A DNA stretch of 49,472 nt, the filler included, from Bipalium vagum (lineage: Eukaryota), in assembly GCA_037834085.1 (NCBI GenBank). It is 3 parts of 3 records of this genome, joined end to end, with 100 filler letters (N's around TTAATTAATTAA, not from the genome) between each part and the next. Parts side by side here need not be neighbours in the genome. Positions count along the whole stretch, not along the records: positions 1 to 15,954 come from JBBMKC010136208.1; 2 more parts are not named here. One strand, written 5' to 3'. Positions 1 through 13,386 of this stretch are shown here, piece after piece. Below the pieces are notes generated by a model that worked only from the letters and a program-made list of their open reading frames with translations, was not told where the DNA came from and made no database searches. The position numbers and the translations under genes were made by a program. Each line of letters opens with the position of its first letter. Position 1 is the stretch's first letter.

Positions 1-1465
1 TATTATTGTCAATATTATTATTATTTTTTTTTTATAAATATTAGTTTTATCATTAATTTAGAATGACAGAAAAATTCATCAAATAACACTAAAAACCAAT
101 CCATCAACTTTCGTTTTGGTACCTTTTAGAAGTCACAGGCAGTAAAAATTACCACTTCAAAAATATTATAATTGATCCGTGAAATTTATTCATTGACAGA
201 AGGTATTCAACGGTCAGATCCATATTGTCATACGTATGACTTTTTGGTAACCCTGAGTGTGAAGAATCTGTCAAGTATTTTGTAAAACCTAATCGTCTTC
301 ACTTGAAATGTGGAATGTATTCCAAAAATCATTAGACCAGTTACATCAGTTGCCAAGGTCACAATTCTGGACAAAATTTTAATTTTTTTATAATTGAGAA
401 CTGTGATATTTCTATCTATTCTATATAAATTATATATAAAATAATATTTATAGAAATCCCTTCATGACATCCGGAGACATGTGTCCAAAATGAAAGAATT
501 AATTCAATTTGTGAATATTTTATGACAAATAATGAAATTAAAATAAAAAATTTTTTTTTGATAGAATGTTGAGCATTTTAAATTTTTTTTTAATTTTTAA
601 AAACCTAAAAGAAACCATCTAAATTTTAAAATTATAATCTCGTTTTCAAACTACTTACAAGAAATAAAATAAATAATAACAATAATAATCAGCGTCATTT
701 TTTATATATAAAGCAACGGATCTAAACTATTAGGTAACCAAGAAAGACTCTAGGTATTGCAATAATAATTAATTATTTCTTTATCACTTTTCTTTTTTTT
801 GTCATTTTTAAAATTTTTTAAATTAATTCCAATTTTTAAATTCCATTTCAAATGGCATTGAAAATGTAAAAGTGTCAAAAATGGCATTCATTGCAAAAAA
901 CCTGTCCTAATATTAACTAAATAATACAATCATAATGAATTACTCATTAAGTCGTGCCACTATAATTGTTTTATATTTAAAACCAGTCACCATTCTCATC
1001 AGACATATCGTGAATGTTGTCCGTTACTTCTGGTAAACTTTGTTCATCAATCATTTTTTTGCTTGGCGATCGAAACTCACTTGTTTCAACTGAAAGTAAT
1101 TTATCAGAACTGAAATTCTAAAACTTTATTTTAAGCCAAAGACTAAAGTAAGCGGAAACAGCATTTCTCACCAAGCTGTAGAATCATCATATGGAAGAGA
1201 TCATTTTTTTCTTTTGTAGAAACTTTATAATACATTAAAAAACATTCTTATTTTACCCTTACATTCTATTCTAAATTCTTCCTAAATAAAAATCATCAAC
1301 CGTGGCCAAAAAATTGGAAGTCTAATATTTTCACAAATTGGAGTCATTAGATATCAACTAATTTCATTGTTTAATTAACGTTGTAATTAAATTTTCATTA
1401 TTTACCACTATAGCTTTATGGTCTAATTTCTTTATAATATGGCTTGAACCAAATAACGACCATTT

Positions 1466-1466
<1 letters not shown>

Positions 1467-1514
<48 letters not shown>
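1467..1514. repeat. (TAT)n microsatellite
   Basis: Uninterrupted tattattat run. Confidence 0.95.
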
Positions 1515-1517
<3 letters not shown>

Positions 1518-1589
1518 AAAGAAAATATAAGAAAGGAATTTTATTCATTATATAATGATTTATGGGCAGTCTTACTATTATTTAAATTA

Positions 1590-1835
1590 ACCAAGCTCTT
1601 TGAAGATCTGATTCAAAAATCTTATAGCTGAAACACAATTTTATAACACAGTCCAAAGCTTTTTTCAAAAATCATATAGGAATCTTTTATATACTTGATC
1701 GATATCCGTTTTGAAAATCCCCTCCGTTATCCCAGCTCACCACTTTGGGAGATCTTTGTATACTGATTTTATATCTGGAAAAACTGACAACTATTACTAG
1801 GAAAAATTAAACGCGAACTTTTCAAAACTCCCTCG
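1590..1835 (-). mobile_element. Degenerate mariner fragment with one terminal inverted repeat
   Basis: Minus strand reads TA|CGAGGGAGTTTTGAAAAGTTCGCG from 1837 downward, resembling irritans-type mariner ends. The interior gives a weak ELG.R...S..I remnant. Confidence 0.45.
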
Positions 1836-2515
1836 TATAGCCGTCTTTAATTATCATAAATAACTTTTTGAAAACTATTTTGTACCTGAGCAAATAATTT
1901 CGGCAATTCCTCTCATGATTATTATTATGTTAAAAATTTTTTATATTAATTAATTAATTAATGTACTTTATGATTACTATTATTAATTATATGTACTTTA
2001 TCATTATTATCATTATTATAACCTCATTATTGTGTTCCGAACCCTCAAGATCAGCTTTGTGACCATTATCCTACACAGGCACTCTTGAAAACCCCAATCA
2101 TGTAATAATATCAGAAATAATAAAAACCTCATTAAATAATCCTTGAATAACAAATTAAAATGCATGAGATTTTTTCAAGTTTATCAATAGGATTTTTAAT
2201 TTCACATTTTTAATATTTTAAACAAAGGGATTTGAAAATGTGACAGCTATTGACGAAAAACGTGCGCTTTTCTAACTGTTGTTTCTTAGCAATTTTCCAT
2301 TATATTCTTAAAACTAAGACAATTATAGCAGTAAATAAAATCACTTAAGCGGTTTCTAAAAATGCAGACCTGGTCACATCTGGCGGAAAATCGTTTTTGG
2401 AAGTCGAACAGTGTATTATTGTCCATTAAATGAAAAAGGAAAGCAGTAAGTGGGGATTATTATGCACCATTATCCGTCAACTTAAATGAAAAAAAAATTT
2501 TAAAAACACCGTAAA

Positions 2516-2518
<3 letters not shown>

Positions 2519-2565
<47 letters not shown>

Positions 2566-2576
2566 TATTATTATTA
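2519..2576. repeat. (ATT)n microsatellite
   Basis: attattatt run with one interruption. Confidence 0.9.
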
Positions 2577-3949
2577 TATAAATTGTTTTGATTTGAATTT
2601 CATATATTACATGATATTATTTTTGAAAAAATGTTATTCTGAAGATAACGTGTATTAATTGAAAAATTTAACTGTGATCAAGAAATATTAATTAGAAATA
2701 TTAAACGGAGAATAAAAAATAAGGAAAAATGTAATAGTATTTTTTAATAGGTTTGGAAATATCACATATTTTACAAAAAAATTTATGAATAAATTTTTTA
2801 TCTAATACTGGGATTAAAAGTTTTTTATTTTTAAATGAAATAATTTTCAGTTAATAAAATATATTTTAATTTAAAATATATTACCAAAATATTTTAACAG
2901 AGATTCTAAAACTGTTTATTTACACATTTTAAATATTCTTATTAACCATATAAAAGTAAATTATTATATATTATGTGTATTAATATTATTTATATTAATT
3001 TTAAAATTATATTCGACATAAAATAAAATAATTAAATAATCATTTTAGAGCACGTTATGTTAAATGTTTTATATATTATTACTGTTACTATTATTTATAT
3101 TATTATGTCGAAAGAAAATTATATAATATAATAATAATAATAGATAATTAGATAATATAAAAGTTATCTTCTGGATGTGGAAAGGATTAATTACAACTGA
3201 GACTAATGAAAAAGTTTTAACTTTTTAATTTATTAATAAATCTTAATTATTAAAAAATAGCGACATCAATCTATTTATCAATAAGCATTAATAATTATTG
3301 ATTATTGAAAATAAATATAATATAGTAAAGAAAAACTAAAAAATCAAAGTAAATAAATGTCACGTTTTATGGTTTATTTTTATATATAATTATTATGCGT
3401 ATTAAAAAAAATATTTTTTCTGAGAAATAGACTGAATAATGATTAAATAATGACAATTACGGGGATAGTTTTTTTTAAAGTATTAGTATAGTAATTAGAA
3501 ATAATATTTCTATACCTCAGTTATTATCGATAATAATTGAGAAATAGAAATAAATTTTCTTATGCAAGCTTTGAGACAACACAGTAACTTAGTGAAAGTA
3601 CCATCTAAATGGTTGTAGATGTAGGAAAAATAATACTTTCAAAAAAGTATTTCGAAAACCAAAATCCATAACTGTACAATAATTTATTATCTAAACACCG
3701 AGATTTATATTTTTAGATATTTTATATTTTTCCTTAAGATATTATTATTTCTATAAATTTATTCCTCCTAAAGTCATTACAAATAAAAGTCATTAAAAAT
3801 AAAATTACGTATGGCATCTGAAGATCTAGGTAATCAATGATTAAAAGGTAATTGAATTCGATTATTAGTTAACAAAAATTGATGTATCAAATTGACAAAT
3901 TAGTTCAAACAGTTCTTTTTTCTATATTATTTCTATACCACTTTCCACA

Positions 3950-4200
3950 AGGCTTTATTGCACAAATCAGATGGATATAATACAACCCTTACAAACAGAA
4001 CCATTCAATTCTTTGGATGAGCATTATTTGTATTTGGCAATCTCTTCAATTTCAGAATATCTAACAAACATATTCCCACGCTCTACCCTCCACCCACACA
4101 TCATTGGTTACTCGAAGTCAATTATTGAGCTTTGAATGAGAAGTTGTACTAAATCTTATTTATTCACCGATCTTTACCTCAAACAATTCACCTATTGAAC
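3950..4200 (-). mobile_element. Possible degenerate non-LTR reverse transcriptase remnant
   Basis: Locally higher GC. Minus strand gives FEVKIG... followed by a decayed segment where F.V..GVRQG..LSP..F...ID would lie. Heavily disrupted. Confidence 0.25.
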
Positions 4201-4744
4201 TGGTTTTCATATTTACTAGATTTCCTTATTGATTATCTTATTTCAATAAAAAATCTTTTTTTATTAAAATTGATACTGATTCAATTTTTTGGATCGATTT
4301 GTAATTTTTTAAGTATCTCTATTTTATTTTCAAGGGTAAGAAATTTTTTATAAAATAAGAAAAACTGATATTTATAATTTAATATTATATTCTAAATATT
4401 CTGATTATTCACAAGTTAAATACATAAATATTCAACGTAGAATTGAAAAAAATACTAATATTATTAAATCTTTTCTATCATCCTATGAGTATTGTTTTTA
4501 TTAAATGTTTAAAATATACAAAATATAATAATATTATTATTATTAATATTATTATTCGATATGTAGATAATTCCAATTGTCAATAAATTGATTAATAAAT
4601 CTATAAAATCGAAGAATTTGTATTATAGATAAAATGGAAAATAATACGAAAAAAATGAATGTTTATATTTATTAAATTAAAAAGGAAGCATAATTATGGT
4701 ATTATGATTAAAAAATGATTTTGAGATAATGTCATTCTATTGTT

Positions 4745-4793
4745 TCTCAATTACCTCTCAATCATCTCAATTACCTCTCAATCATCTCAATTA
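4745..4793. repeat. 20-bp tandem repeat (tctcaattacctctcaatca, about 2.4 copies)
   Basis: Read directly from the sequence. Confidence 0.9.
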
Positions 4794-5186
4794 ATTAATT
4801 ATCTCAATAAATGAGACAAAGAATTTTTTATCAATAGTAATAAAATTTGTGACTTTTGAAAAAGATACAATGATAATTTGATAATGATGATTACGATCAA
4901 ATTGGGGTCAATTTCAAAAGTGCATTACGTAGTATTCTAATTTATGATAACAGTTAGATCAAATATATTGAAATCATTAAATACGTTAATCAATTTTAAA
5001 ATAGTGTTCACTTAAGGTCTTTCCTTTTCCACGGATAATTTAAACCTCACATTTCTCAGATCATTTTCTGCTTAGATCACATCATATAATACGCTGTGAT
5101 CCTAGACTATATTACGAAAATAAATAGAAGCTGGTTTAGTAAGAATGGTGGGTTTCTTAAGTCTTAACTAAAACGACAGAGTCGTG

Positions 5187-5244
5187 AATATTTTATGTTG
5201 AATTTCAATCAAATATTTTATGTTGAATTTCAATCAAATATTTT
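5187..5244. repeat. 25-bp tandem duplication (aatattttatgttgaatttcaatca, about 2.3 copies)
   Basis: Read directly from the sequence. Confidence 0.9.
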
Positions 5245-7741
5245 TTAATAAATCGTTTCAAATTGATTTAAAGGAAACTAAGCACACTGTTAAACTTGTT
5301 ATAAAATAATTAATATATATCTAAAAACATTTTCGTTGTTTATATTTAATTGATTTCTTTAATAATAAGTATTAAAATAAATTTCAAATTAACTATTCAT
5401 GTTTCTTACGTGCCTCACATGTCATAAAGAAATTTATTAATATTTAAGATTTGTTTAATTGAATCAATAATTATAAACTTCCTACTCAATTGAATTAAGA
5501 CCGAAAAGATGAGTCTGTTCTCAGTTAAAGAATTATTTTAAACAAATTAGTAAAAGGTAATAATTCAGTTCATAATCCAGGTAACATTAATTTCCATTCT
5601 TCATAAATATGTGTATTTGATTAAAATCGTACGTTGCATAATGAATTTTCGAAAACGCAAGGAAAAAAACCATCGTTACTTGACTGTAGGGTTGTGAACA
5701 AAATAATCACTATTTAAGTAATGTTACGTTAATAAAGAAAACTGACGGAATATTTAATATATTGTCTTATTGGCGACTTGGTTTATATTGATGTTTTCAA
5801 ATTAACGAATGGATAAAACCTAAATGACTCAATTGTGGCGCCACAGCTTACCAACGACCCATTTAATAGAATTATTAATAATGACAGCAAAATAATATGA
5901 TCACACTGCTTTATGGCGTCGTTACTTTCAATACGCAATTATGAACGGCATTAGAGAGTATCTGTCTCATCAAGTAGCGCCATTTGCCAACAAAGCTTTC
6001 CATCCTTTGGCTTTAAATAAATTTGATCAAAAACAGTATTTTCGTTTGTCAAAGGAAGTCTCAAATTTTTGAATTTTTTTTCATAATGGTTGCATTAAAA
6101 TTTATAGTTGAAATAAAAATTAATTTATCACTCATGCAATTGATCCCTTCGTCGTGTTTTGCTTAAAAACCATTCATTACAAATGGTGCACTTGTCCATA
6201 CCTCAATATACTTAAGAGTTTCTGAAGATGTTGAAAAAAGTATGGATACGTTGAATAAAGAATAAAATCGATTTCATAAAAGTTTTGCGTGAACAATTTT
6301 AGGGTTTTGTTGGGTTCCTGATCGATACGAGATATTGAATAAAGGAAAAATATTTGGAGTAAAAAACAATTTATATTTGAAAAATATTATATTCTTCAGT
6401 TGAAAATGATGACATTGTTTCTCCTGGTGATTAAAATAGGATAATTGTTCTCGTAAAAAATTCAATTATTGATATATTTTAAAGATTATGTATCATTTTT
6501 ATTGTTTTTTTAACAATTGCTTAAAGAAACTCTTTCTAATAATAGGTTTATTCAAACAGAGTTTTTTAATTAATATTTCTTTGGGTATATTAGTCCTTCA
6601 ACTAACTTAATTAAATCTCATTATAATAAAATTGTATAAAAATGATATATTATATCTTTAATCTAACAAACTATGTAAACAAGCCCTCGTAACCTGAACG
6701 ATTTTCAATAAGGAGTACAATTAATCCTTAATCACGCAAATATTACAGATTTCACAAAGCTGATATTATTAAAATATTTATTTTTTATAAAATGTCATTA
6801 CACATTTATGCCTATTGATTATTTTAAATTTCTTCAATAATTAATAATAATTAATTAATAATTAATAATTTAAGAAAATAATTTTTACGAAAAACAAATT
6901 GAAATGATTAAAAATAATTTTTGTTGGTTTATTAATTATTTTTTAAATAGCTTTATTTCCATTTAGTAATTTTTTAATAATTATATTAAAAAGCGAGCCC
7001 TGAATTTTTGATGGATGGTTGAACTAAAAAATTGTGGTTTTAATAATTAATAATGCATCTAATTTTAATAAATTGGGCTTGTACAAAATTTAAGTGTGCA
7101 ACTAAATTCATAAATCATTCCAGTATCAAATTACGGATTCGTTTCAATATCTGATAAGTAATATATAAAGAATTAATAAATAAATTTGATTTCCTTTCCG
7201 TTCTGTATAATTTATTGATGACAATGACTTAAAATCTTTCCGTGATTATCATTGATAGAAAATTTTATTAAATTTTAATTTAAATACCAGGCAATATATT
7301 TTAATAGTAAATATGTTATTAGTTTATGTAATGTAATATTTTATTTTGATTAGTTAATTACAAAATAAATATTTAAATATCATTTGCTTATCTCCAGTAA
7401 TTAAATGTTAAATTCAAACAAAAAAATGATTTGTGAAAAAAATATTTCAACAAATACTTAACTTGAATTATAGAGCACTCTTTATATAATGTTGATAATT
7501 AGTTATTATTTTAATTTTAAATTTAGATGCAGTAGCGACCTCTAAAGATTCTTTACATTTTTTTTAAAACTCGACAGTCACAAGGATATAATATTTTTTA
7601 GATTTTAATGCCGATTATTAATTTCATTTATTAATTTCATTATATTTATTTTTAAATTATTTAACAATAACTATAATAATTATTATTATACTAAAAATAA
7701 TATTAATATTAAAAATAACCATAGTACTAAATATATTAAAG

Positions 7742-8636
7742 TGTTCAATTTTTAGTATATCGACTTTAATCGGACTCAAACTCTTAGGTGGTGCAAAAAA
7801 ACAATCAGTAAAGCAATATTTATATTTATAACGCAACGGCACACATAATTTAAAATGTTAACAAAATCGTCAAACTCAATAAATAAATCACTAAAAACAA
7901 TAATGTTTCGAATATCTTAAACATCTTGTTTAATGAGTCAGCAGAATCAATCAATTAAAACAAAAATTAAACTTAAATAATAATTATCAATTAATAATAA
8001 AAAGAATTTTAAAGAAAATTAATATAGAAAAACAAGAACTATCTTACAGTTTAGCTTCGTTTAAGCTTCCCGGACTATCAGCTGAGCCTTTACAGTTGCT
8101 CAGAGATAGCCCTCTGGTGAGGAGCTTAAACATAATCCCAAAGAAAAGGAAAATATCATGAATAATTTTCGTATTGCTTTAAAAAAGAAATCTGCTTTTC
8201 GAACTTCACACAATGAGCTTTTTCACAATAATAATCAAAATGACTTTCTTGCCGGCTTTTGGGAATGAAATTGTGGAGAAATGCTTCTCTTTATATACTG
8301 CTTCTAAATTATTCAGTTTGGAGACGAGCACTCTCCAAATTCCCAAATTTGTTCCTTGATGATCATTTTGGGGGAGATAATTGCTTTGTTTTCCTCATTT
8401 TCTTAAAAATTCTTCCCCTAATTAATCTTTAAAATTCCTTAGTAATATTTTAATTATTCTTAAGAGGTTTTAATTAGGCTAAAATAATTTTAGGAAAATT
8501 TTTCAAGGACTTTTTAAGGAGTTAATTAAAAATTATTACCTAATTAATTAACAATTAGTTTATATTTTAAAGGGGTATTTTATGGAATATCTGATTTCTT
8601 TAATAGTTTCATAAAGTGCCTTGGAGAAACTCAACA
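7742..8636 (-). mobile_element. Solo LTR, probably Ty3/Gypsy (copy 1)
   Basis: Termini TGTT...AACA. Both ends are homologous to 14494-15526 (left tgttc..tttagtatatc..actcttaggtggtgcaaaaa; right gtgccttggagaaactcaaca). Minus-strand TATA-like agtatataaagagaag near 8285-8300. Flanks aaag/aaaa are an imperfect 4-bp TSD. Confidence 0.75.
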
Positions 8637-10237
8637 AAAATCGAATTAAAAATATTATTTAAATAAAAATCTATGTTACCATAAATATGTAAAATAATGA
8701 ATCAGAATTTATTACAAAAATAATTTCATTTTAATTTTAATTATAAAAAATAAGAACGGCGGAGTCATATTTGTAGACCTAATATAAAAATTATGCTAAA
8801 AATATATGTTAAGAATTTATTAATAATATTAAAAATCAATTTTTTGGTTTAAACAAAATCAATGTCAATTTTTGTAACTTACTTAATTATTTATTAATTT
8901 ATTTATTTATTTATTTATAGATTAACTTCAAATCTCACAAAACTATAATTTACACTTTTTATGAAATATATTTCAGGCAAAAAATCTCAGATTAAAATCA
9001 GTATTTAAACCTTAATAATAATCAGATAATTGAATACATTCAATAGTTTAAACATTTCGCTTAGTTTAGTACATTCCTTTCTCTGGTTTTTATTGATAAG
9101 ATGAATTTTAGAACTTACTTTGTAAAATATTATTAATTAACTGTTAGTTTTATGGTAAATATTTCAACTTTTTAACTAGTCGCTAAATTTTATTTTGTTA
9201 TCTGAATACTTCTGAAATAGAGTTTGGATTATCACTAGGATCAAACAATTTAACTTTTTGTTATTATTTCCAAGTACCTCCTTTTTTCGTTCTCATTTTC
9301 AAGACGGAGAACCGATTTTTTAACTGAGAACCCTTGACTTCACTTCTTTTATTTGGGTTCTTTCCTAAATAACAATAAAATATTTATTGTGCAATTTGAT
9401 TTTAAAATATCGATAAAATGTCAATTTATTGTCACAATCAATTCAGTGTTTGATTTATTATTTTTATTTTAATCAGTTAATTCAGTGATATTTAGTATTT
9501 TTCGATTCATTTCTTATTTAACTTTAAATATTGATTTTTAATATTATAAAAGTTTACTTCAAATGTTATGCGCACTTAATTCCTTCCGATAATCCTTTCC
9601 TTTTTTCTCCCAGATCGCACACACTTTTAGGAGCTTATTGATAGAAGTTTTTCAGTACTTGTAGATAATTTCAATACTTGTAACAACATTTCAATATTTA
9701 ATCTATGCAGAGAATCTATGTCGATATTTAAACTGATAAAGAAATCATGGAAGAGATCTGTAATATTCACTGTATCCCTTGTAAACAGTTCTTCACTTAT
9801 TATTCTTGATTTAAAGAAAACATTCAAAAGTAAAACTTATATGAGGACGGAAGTTTTCAACTTCTTCCTCAAAAAACTCAACATTTCCACAAAAAAATTT
9901 ATTAATTAATATTTGCGGAAAATATTACTACACGTGATTCAAAATGTCTTATTTTGAGTGATTAGGAGACAATCGTTTTTAAGCAACAATGGATATCGAT
10001 TAGTGCAAAATTAATAAGTTGAATAGGTACAAAATTCTATTTTTAATAAAGCAGCTCAAAACTTCAGCTGGTATAAAATTCCAATTAATTGCAAATCTCA
10101 ATTACACAAATATTCCTTAAAAATCAAAGGAAACATGAAAAAAGAAATATGTAAATAATCAAAACTTTGTTAATATGTCCATTGTAAATTTCAGACAATC
10201 AAAATTTTTTATGAATTATCAAAATTATGTCATTATT

Positions 10238-10388
10238 GGGTCGATGAATATATTCTGTCAATAGGAAATTATTTATTTATTGAAGGTTTATATCTATTCA
10301 ATATTAATATCAATTTTTTTAATTTATTAGTTTGGTTTTTGTGTATTTAATAAATTTAAACAAGGCAACAGAATATGTGCATCAACCC
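10238..10388. mobile_element. 151-bp MITE-like element
   Basis: Imperfect 21-bp terminal inverted repeats gggtcgatgaatatattctgt / acagaatatgtgcatcaaccc. The right end is followed by TA and the interior is AT-rich and non-coding. Confidence 0.6.
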
Positions 10389-12583
10389 TATATTTTTAGT
10401 TATAAGCATTATTATTAATTATATTTTTTAATGTTTAATTATTTAATTTATTTTTACTAATTTTAGTAACATAAATAGAAATTTTTAAAATTATTATTAA
10501 TTTGTGAAATTTAAGATGTATGTTTTATAATATATTTTTTAATAAGTAAAACTAACGTAAAAATTGTAATAAATATTAATTTTTAATTGCGATTTTAAAA
10601 AACTTTGCCTTAAAAAATTAGTTAGAAATTTTTTCAGAATTTTTTAGAAATTTTGTGATTTGTTCATAAAATTCATAATTTACTGATTCGTATCTTTAAG
10701 GCATCTTTAATTACTTTAAAGATTAATTTATTTTTTGATTTTATTTTTTATTATTTAAATAATAAATTAAAAAATAACTTATAAATTTCTAAATATTTTA
10801 AATTTTTATCAGGATTTAAAATAAAATTTATTTTATTTTTTCTGATTTAAATAAGTTAAATAATAAACAATAAATATAATTGTTTTACGAATATAATTTT
10901 TTCGTAAAAAGATTCCCATGCTTTGATCATTCTACTTATAAAAATAAGTAGTTAGTTTGCTATAAAGACTTAATTTCTTAATCAATTTAAAAATTCTAAT
11001 AACCATGAAAACGGTAATTTGATTTATTAATTTCTTTTAATTATTACATACGTGATACTTAAAAATATAAATTATTATTATTAATATTCTTAATAATTCA
11101 AAAATATAAATTAATTATTATTATTTAATTATTTCTTAAAAATTTATTTGTCTATTAATAATAATTTTATCATTAAAGGTGTTCCATCGTTTTATGAATT
11201 TCCACTATCAATTTTTACTTCTTTCCATATTTTATACAAAATATGGATGCCCTGGTGAAGAGTCCTTTTTTCTTAGATTAAATAAAAATACTAATGGATG
11301 ACTGTATTCTTCAACATTATATCGTAAAGACCGTTACATAAAAGGAAATTCGTGAAAACCTGATAGTGCAATATCTGTAAAATATGTTTGATATTATCAA
11401 ATTCCCGATTGTTATTCAATTGAGGTTTTACGAATTCGTAATTATGAGTCTCAGCAAAAATCAATATATTTTTTATTGTTAAATAATAAAGCCTAACTAA
11501 TAATTCTATTGTCTCATTCGTCGATTCTCAAAAAACCACAATAAGCTTTTATATTTTATTTAATAGTTCATAATACAGCACTCTTCCAATGTCCTCTCAG
11601 AAACACAAAAGTTCCCAGTGACTATAAATATTTCGTTTAAACAATGATATGTACTTGGTCCTTTAGTCTAAGACATTTTTCAATTAGAGTTATCGTAATA
11701 TAGTCAATTTTAATCTCCAGTCAAAATTTGATACTAAAGAGCTGGGAATGATAAACTGCCAAACAATAAATAATTATGTTCGGTTGACCATATCAATTGC
11801 GGATAATTTTTATTAACTCAATAACTGGAAAAATTTGTGCTCCTTATTTTTCTAGTCAATATTTTTAATTGTAAAATTTGAAATCATTCACATTTAGAAT
11901 CAATTAATTTTTCATCACCTCTCATTTCACAAATTATTCTGATTATTTCCTCTCTTTTCTTTTCATTATACTAAATGGTATATCCATCTTTGTATTGTTC
12001 TACACTTAAGTCTCACATTTCTTTACTACCCATACTAGCTAAAATATTAATTATTTTTTATAAAATTAAAGATTAATATCAATAGCAAACTTTAAATTTA
12101 ATTCAAAAAAGAATTTAAATGATATTAAAATATTTATGGTTTAAATAATGAATTTAAACAAATGCCAATTTGATGGCATTTAAATTAAATGAGATTCATT
12201 TTTGATTTAATCTTTTCATTATTAAATGATCTAATGTATTTCCAAATAAACGATCTGCACAGCCGAGGAAGGGCGAAAAATAGTTAATTTTTACTGTTTA
12301 AGCGCACCTCTCTCCTGCTGATGAATGGTGAAAAATAGCAAGTCCGATGAAACGAGCCGATGACTGGTGAACAACCAGATCAAAGCCAAAGACAATCCAA
12401 AAGAAATAAAAAATGTTGATGGTTGTAAAGAAGAAAATAAATTAAATGATTCAAGTCAAAAATTACAAATTAAGATGACAGAAGATCGTAATAAATAAAG
12501 TGTTGATTTTTTTAAGCTGTACATCCATACATAACTGTGTTAATATTTATTCTGAATTTACACTGTCTATTCTAATATCACTA

Positions 12584-13386
12584 CAGTCCCTTGCCATATT
12601 ATTAGGGACACTATAAAAATACAAATAAATGAACTAAAAAATCAGATATAGGTTTTATAATCATTAGGTATAATCACTCTAAGGTAAAAATAGAATAAAG
12701 TTAAAAAATAACTAACAACAACAATATTTATTGATGAAAAGGTCAGAAATGATGATGTCACTAATTTTTTAATATTTCGTAATACCCCCTTTTGCTGCTA
12801 TGAGGGCCTTAATTCGACTGGGCATGCTGTTCATGCAAGATATTAAAGTTTCTTTTAAAAATGTGTTCTAACCTTTTTAGGAGTTCCTCTTTATTTTTAA
12901 GGCATTCCTTGGCCATTTCCCGTTTAGTCATCTCCCACAGGTTCTCTATGAGGTTCATATCAGGAGAATTACCCGGCCATTCTAAAACTGATATATTTTT
13001 TCGTTTAGAAATGTTGCAACACTTTTAGCTTTATGACAAGGTGCAGAATCATGCATAAAAACATAATCTGCACCTTCAGGATACCATAAGTTCACTTATC
13101 ACATTAAAGGTACTTAATGCTTTAAAAATAAATATTTTATGACATAAATATAAAACATAGTGAAATCTGTTAAATTCCCGGATTTGGACCAATGATGTTT
13201 CAAATCCAAAATTTGGTAATAAATTTTAGAATTTCACAATAATATTAATACGGTTTAATTTTAAAATGTCCAGATTATCGTTGTACATCTTCAACAGCTA
13301 ATTATTTTATATTAATATTCAACAAACACCCACAAAGTTAAAATTTATACATTTTTCTGTGTCCCTAATAATATGGCAAGGGACTG
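12584..13386 (-). mobile_element. Internally deleted Tc1-family (DD34E) transposon
   Basis: Perfect 28-bp TIRs CAGTCCCTTGCCATATTATTAGGGACAC (12584-12611 and 13359-13386) with TA on both sides. Minus strand encodes FMHDSAPCHKAK, WPGNSPDMNLIENLW and SMPSRIKALIAAKGGITKY*. Confidence 0.93.

Noticed and set aside
4745-5244. Short repeats as a CRISPR-like array
   Set aside because: Adjacent tandem copies without spacers, in a eukaryotic context.
5800-6250. Possible MULE/SWIM-finger remnant on the minus strand (KQCDHII)
   Set aside because: Too few motifs to support a call without a search.
7784-7800. ttaggtggtgcaaaaa resembling an Hsmar1/Made1 TIR (also near 14538)
   Set aside because: Internal to the LTR homology block, with no inverted partner or TA TSD.
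8074-8118. LTR hairpin as a twister ribozyme, SECIS or tRNA
   Set aside because: Lacks the twister UAA and pseudoknot, the SECIS AUGA/GA quartet and a cloverleaf.
11160-12040. Possible Helitron or MULE coding remnant
   Set aside because: Coding-like composition but no diagnostic motif recovered.
12316-12360. CTGATGA...GAAA on the plus strand
   Set aside because: No stems II or III and no properly placed cleavage triplet.
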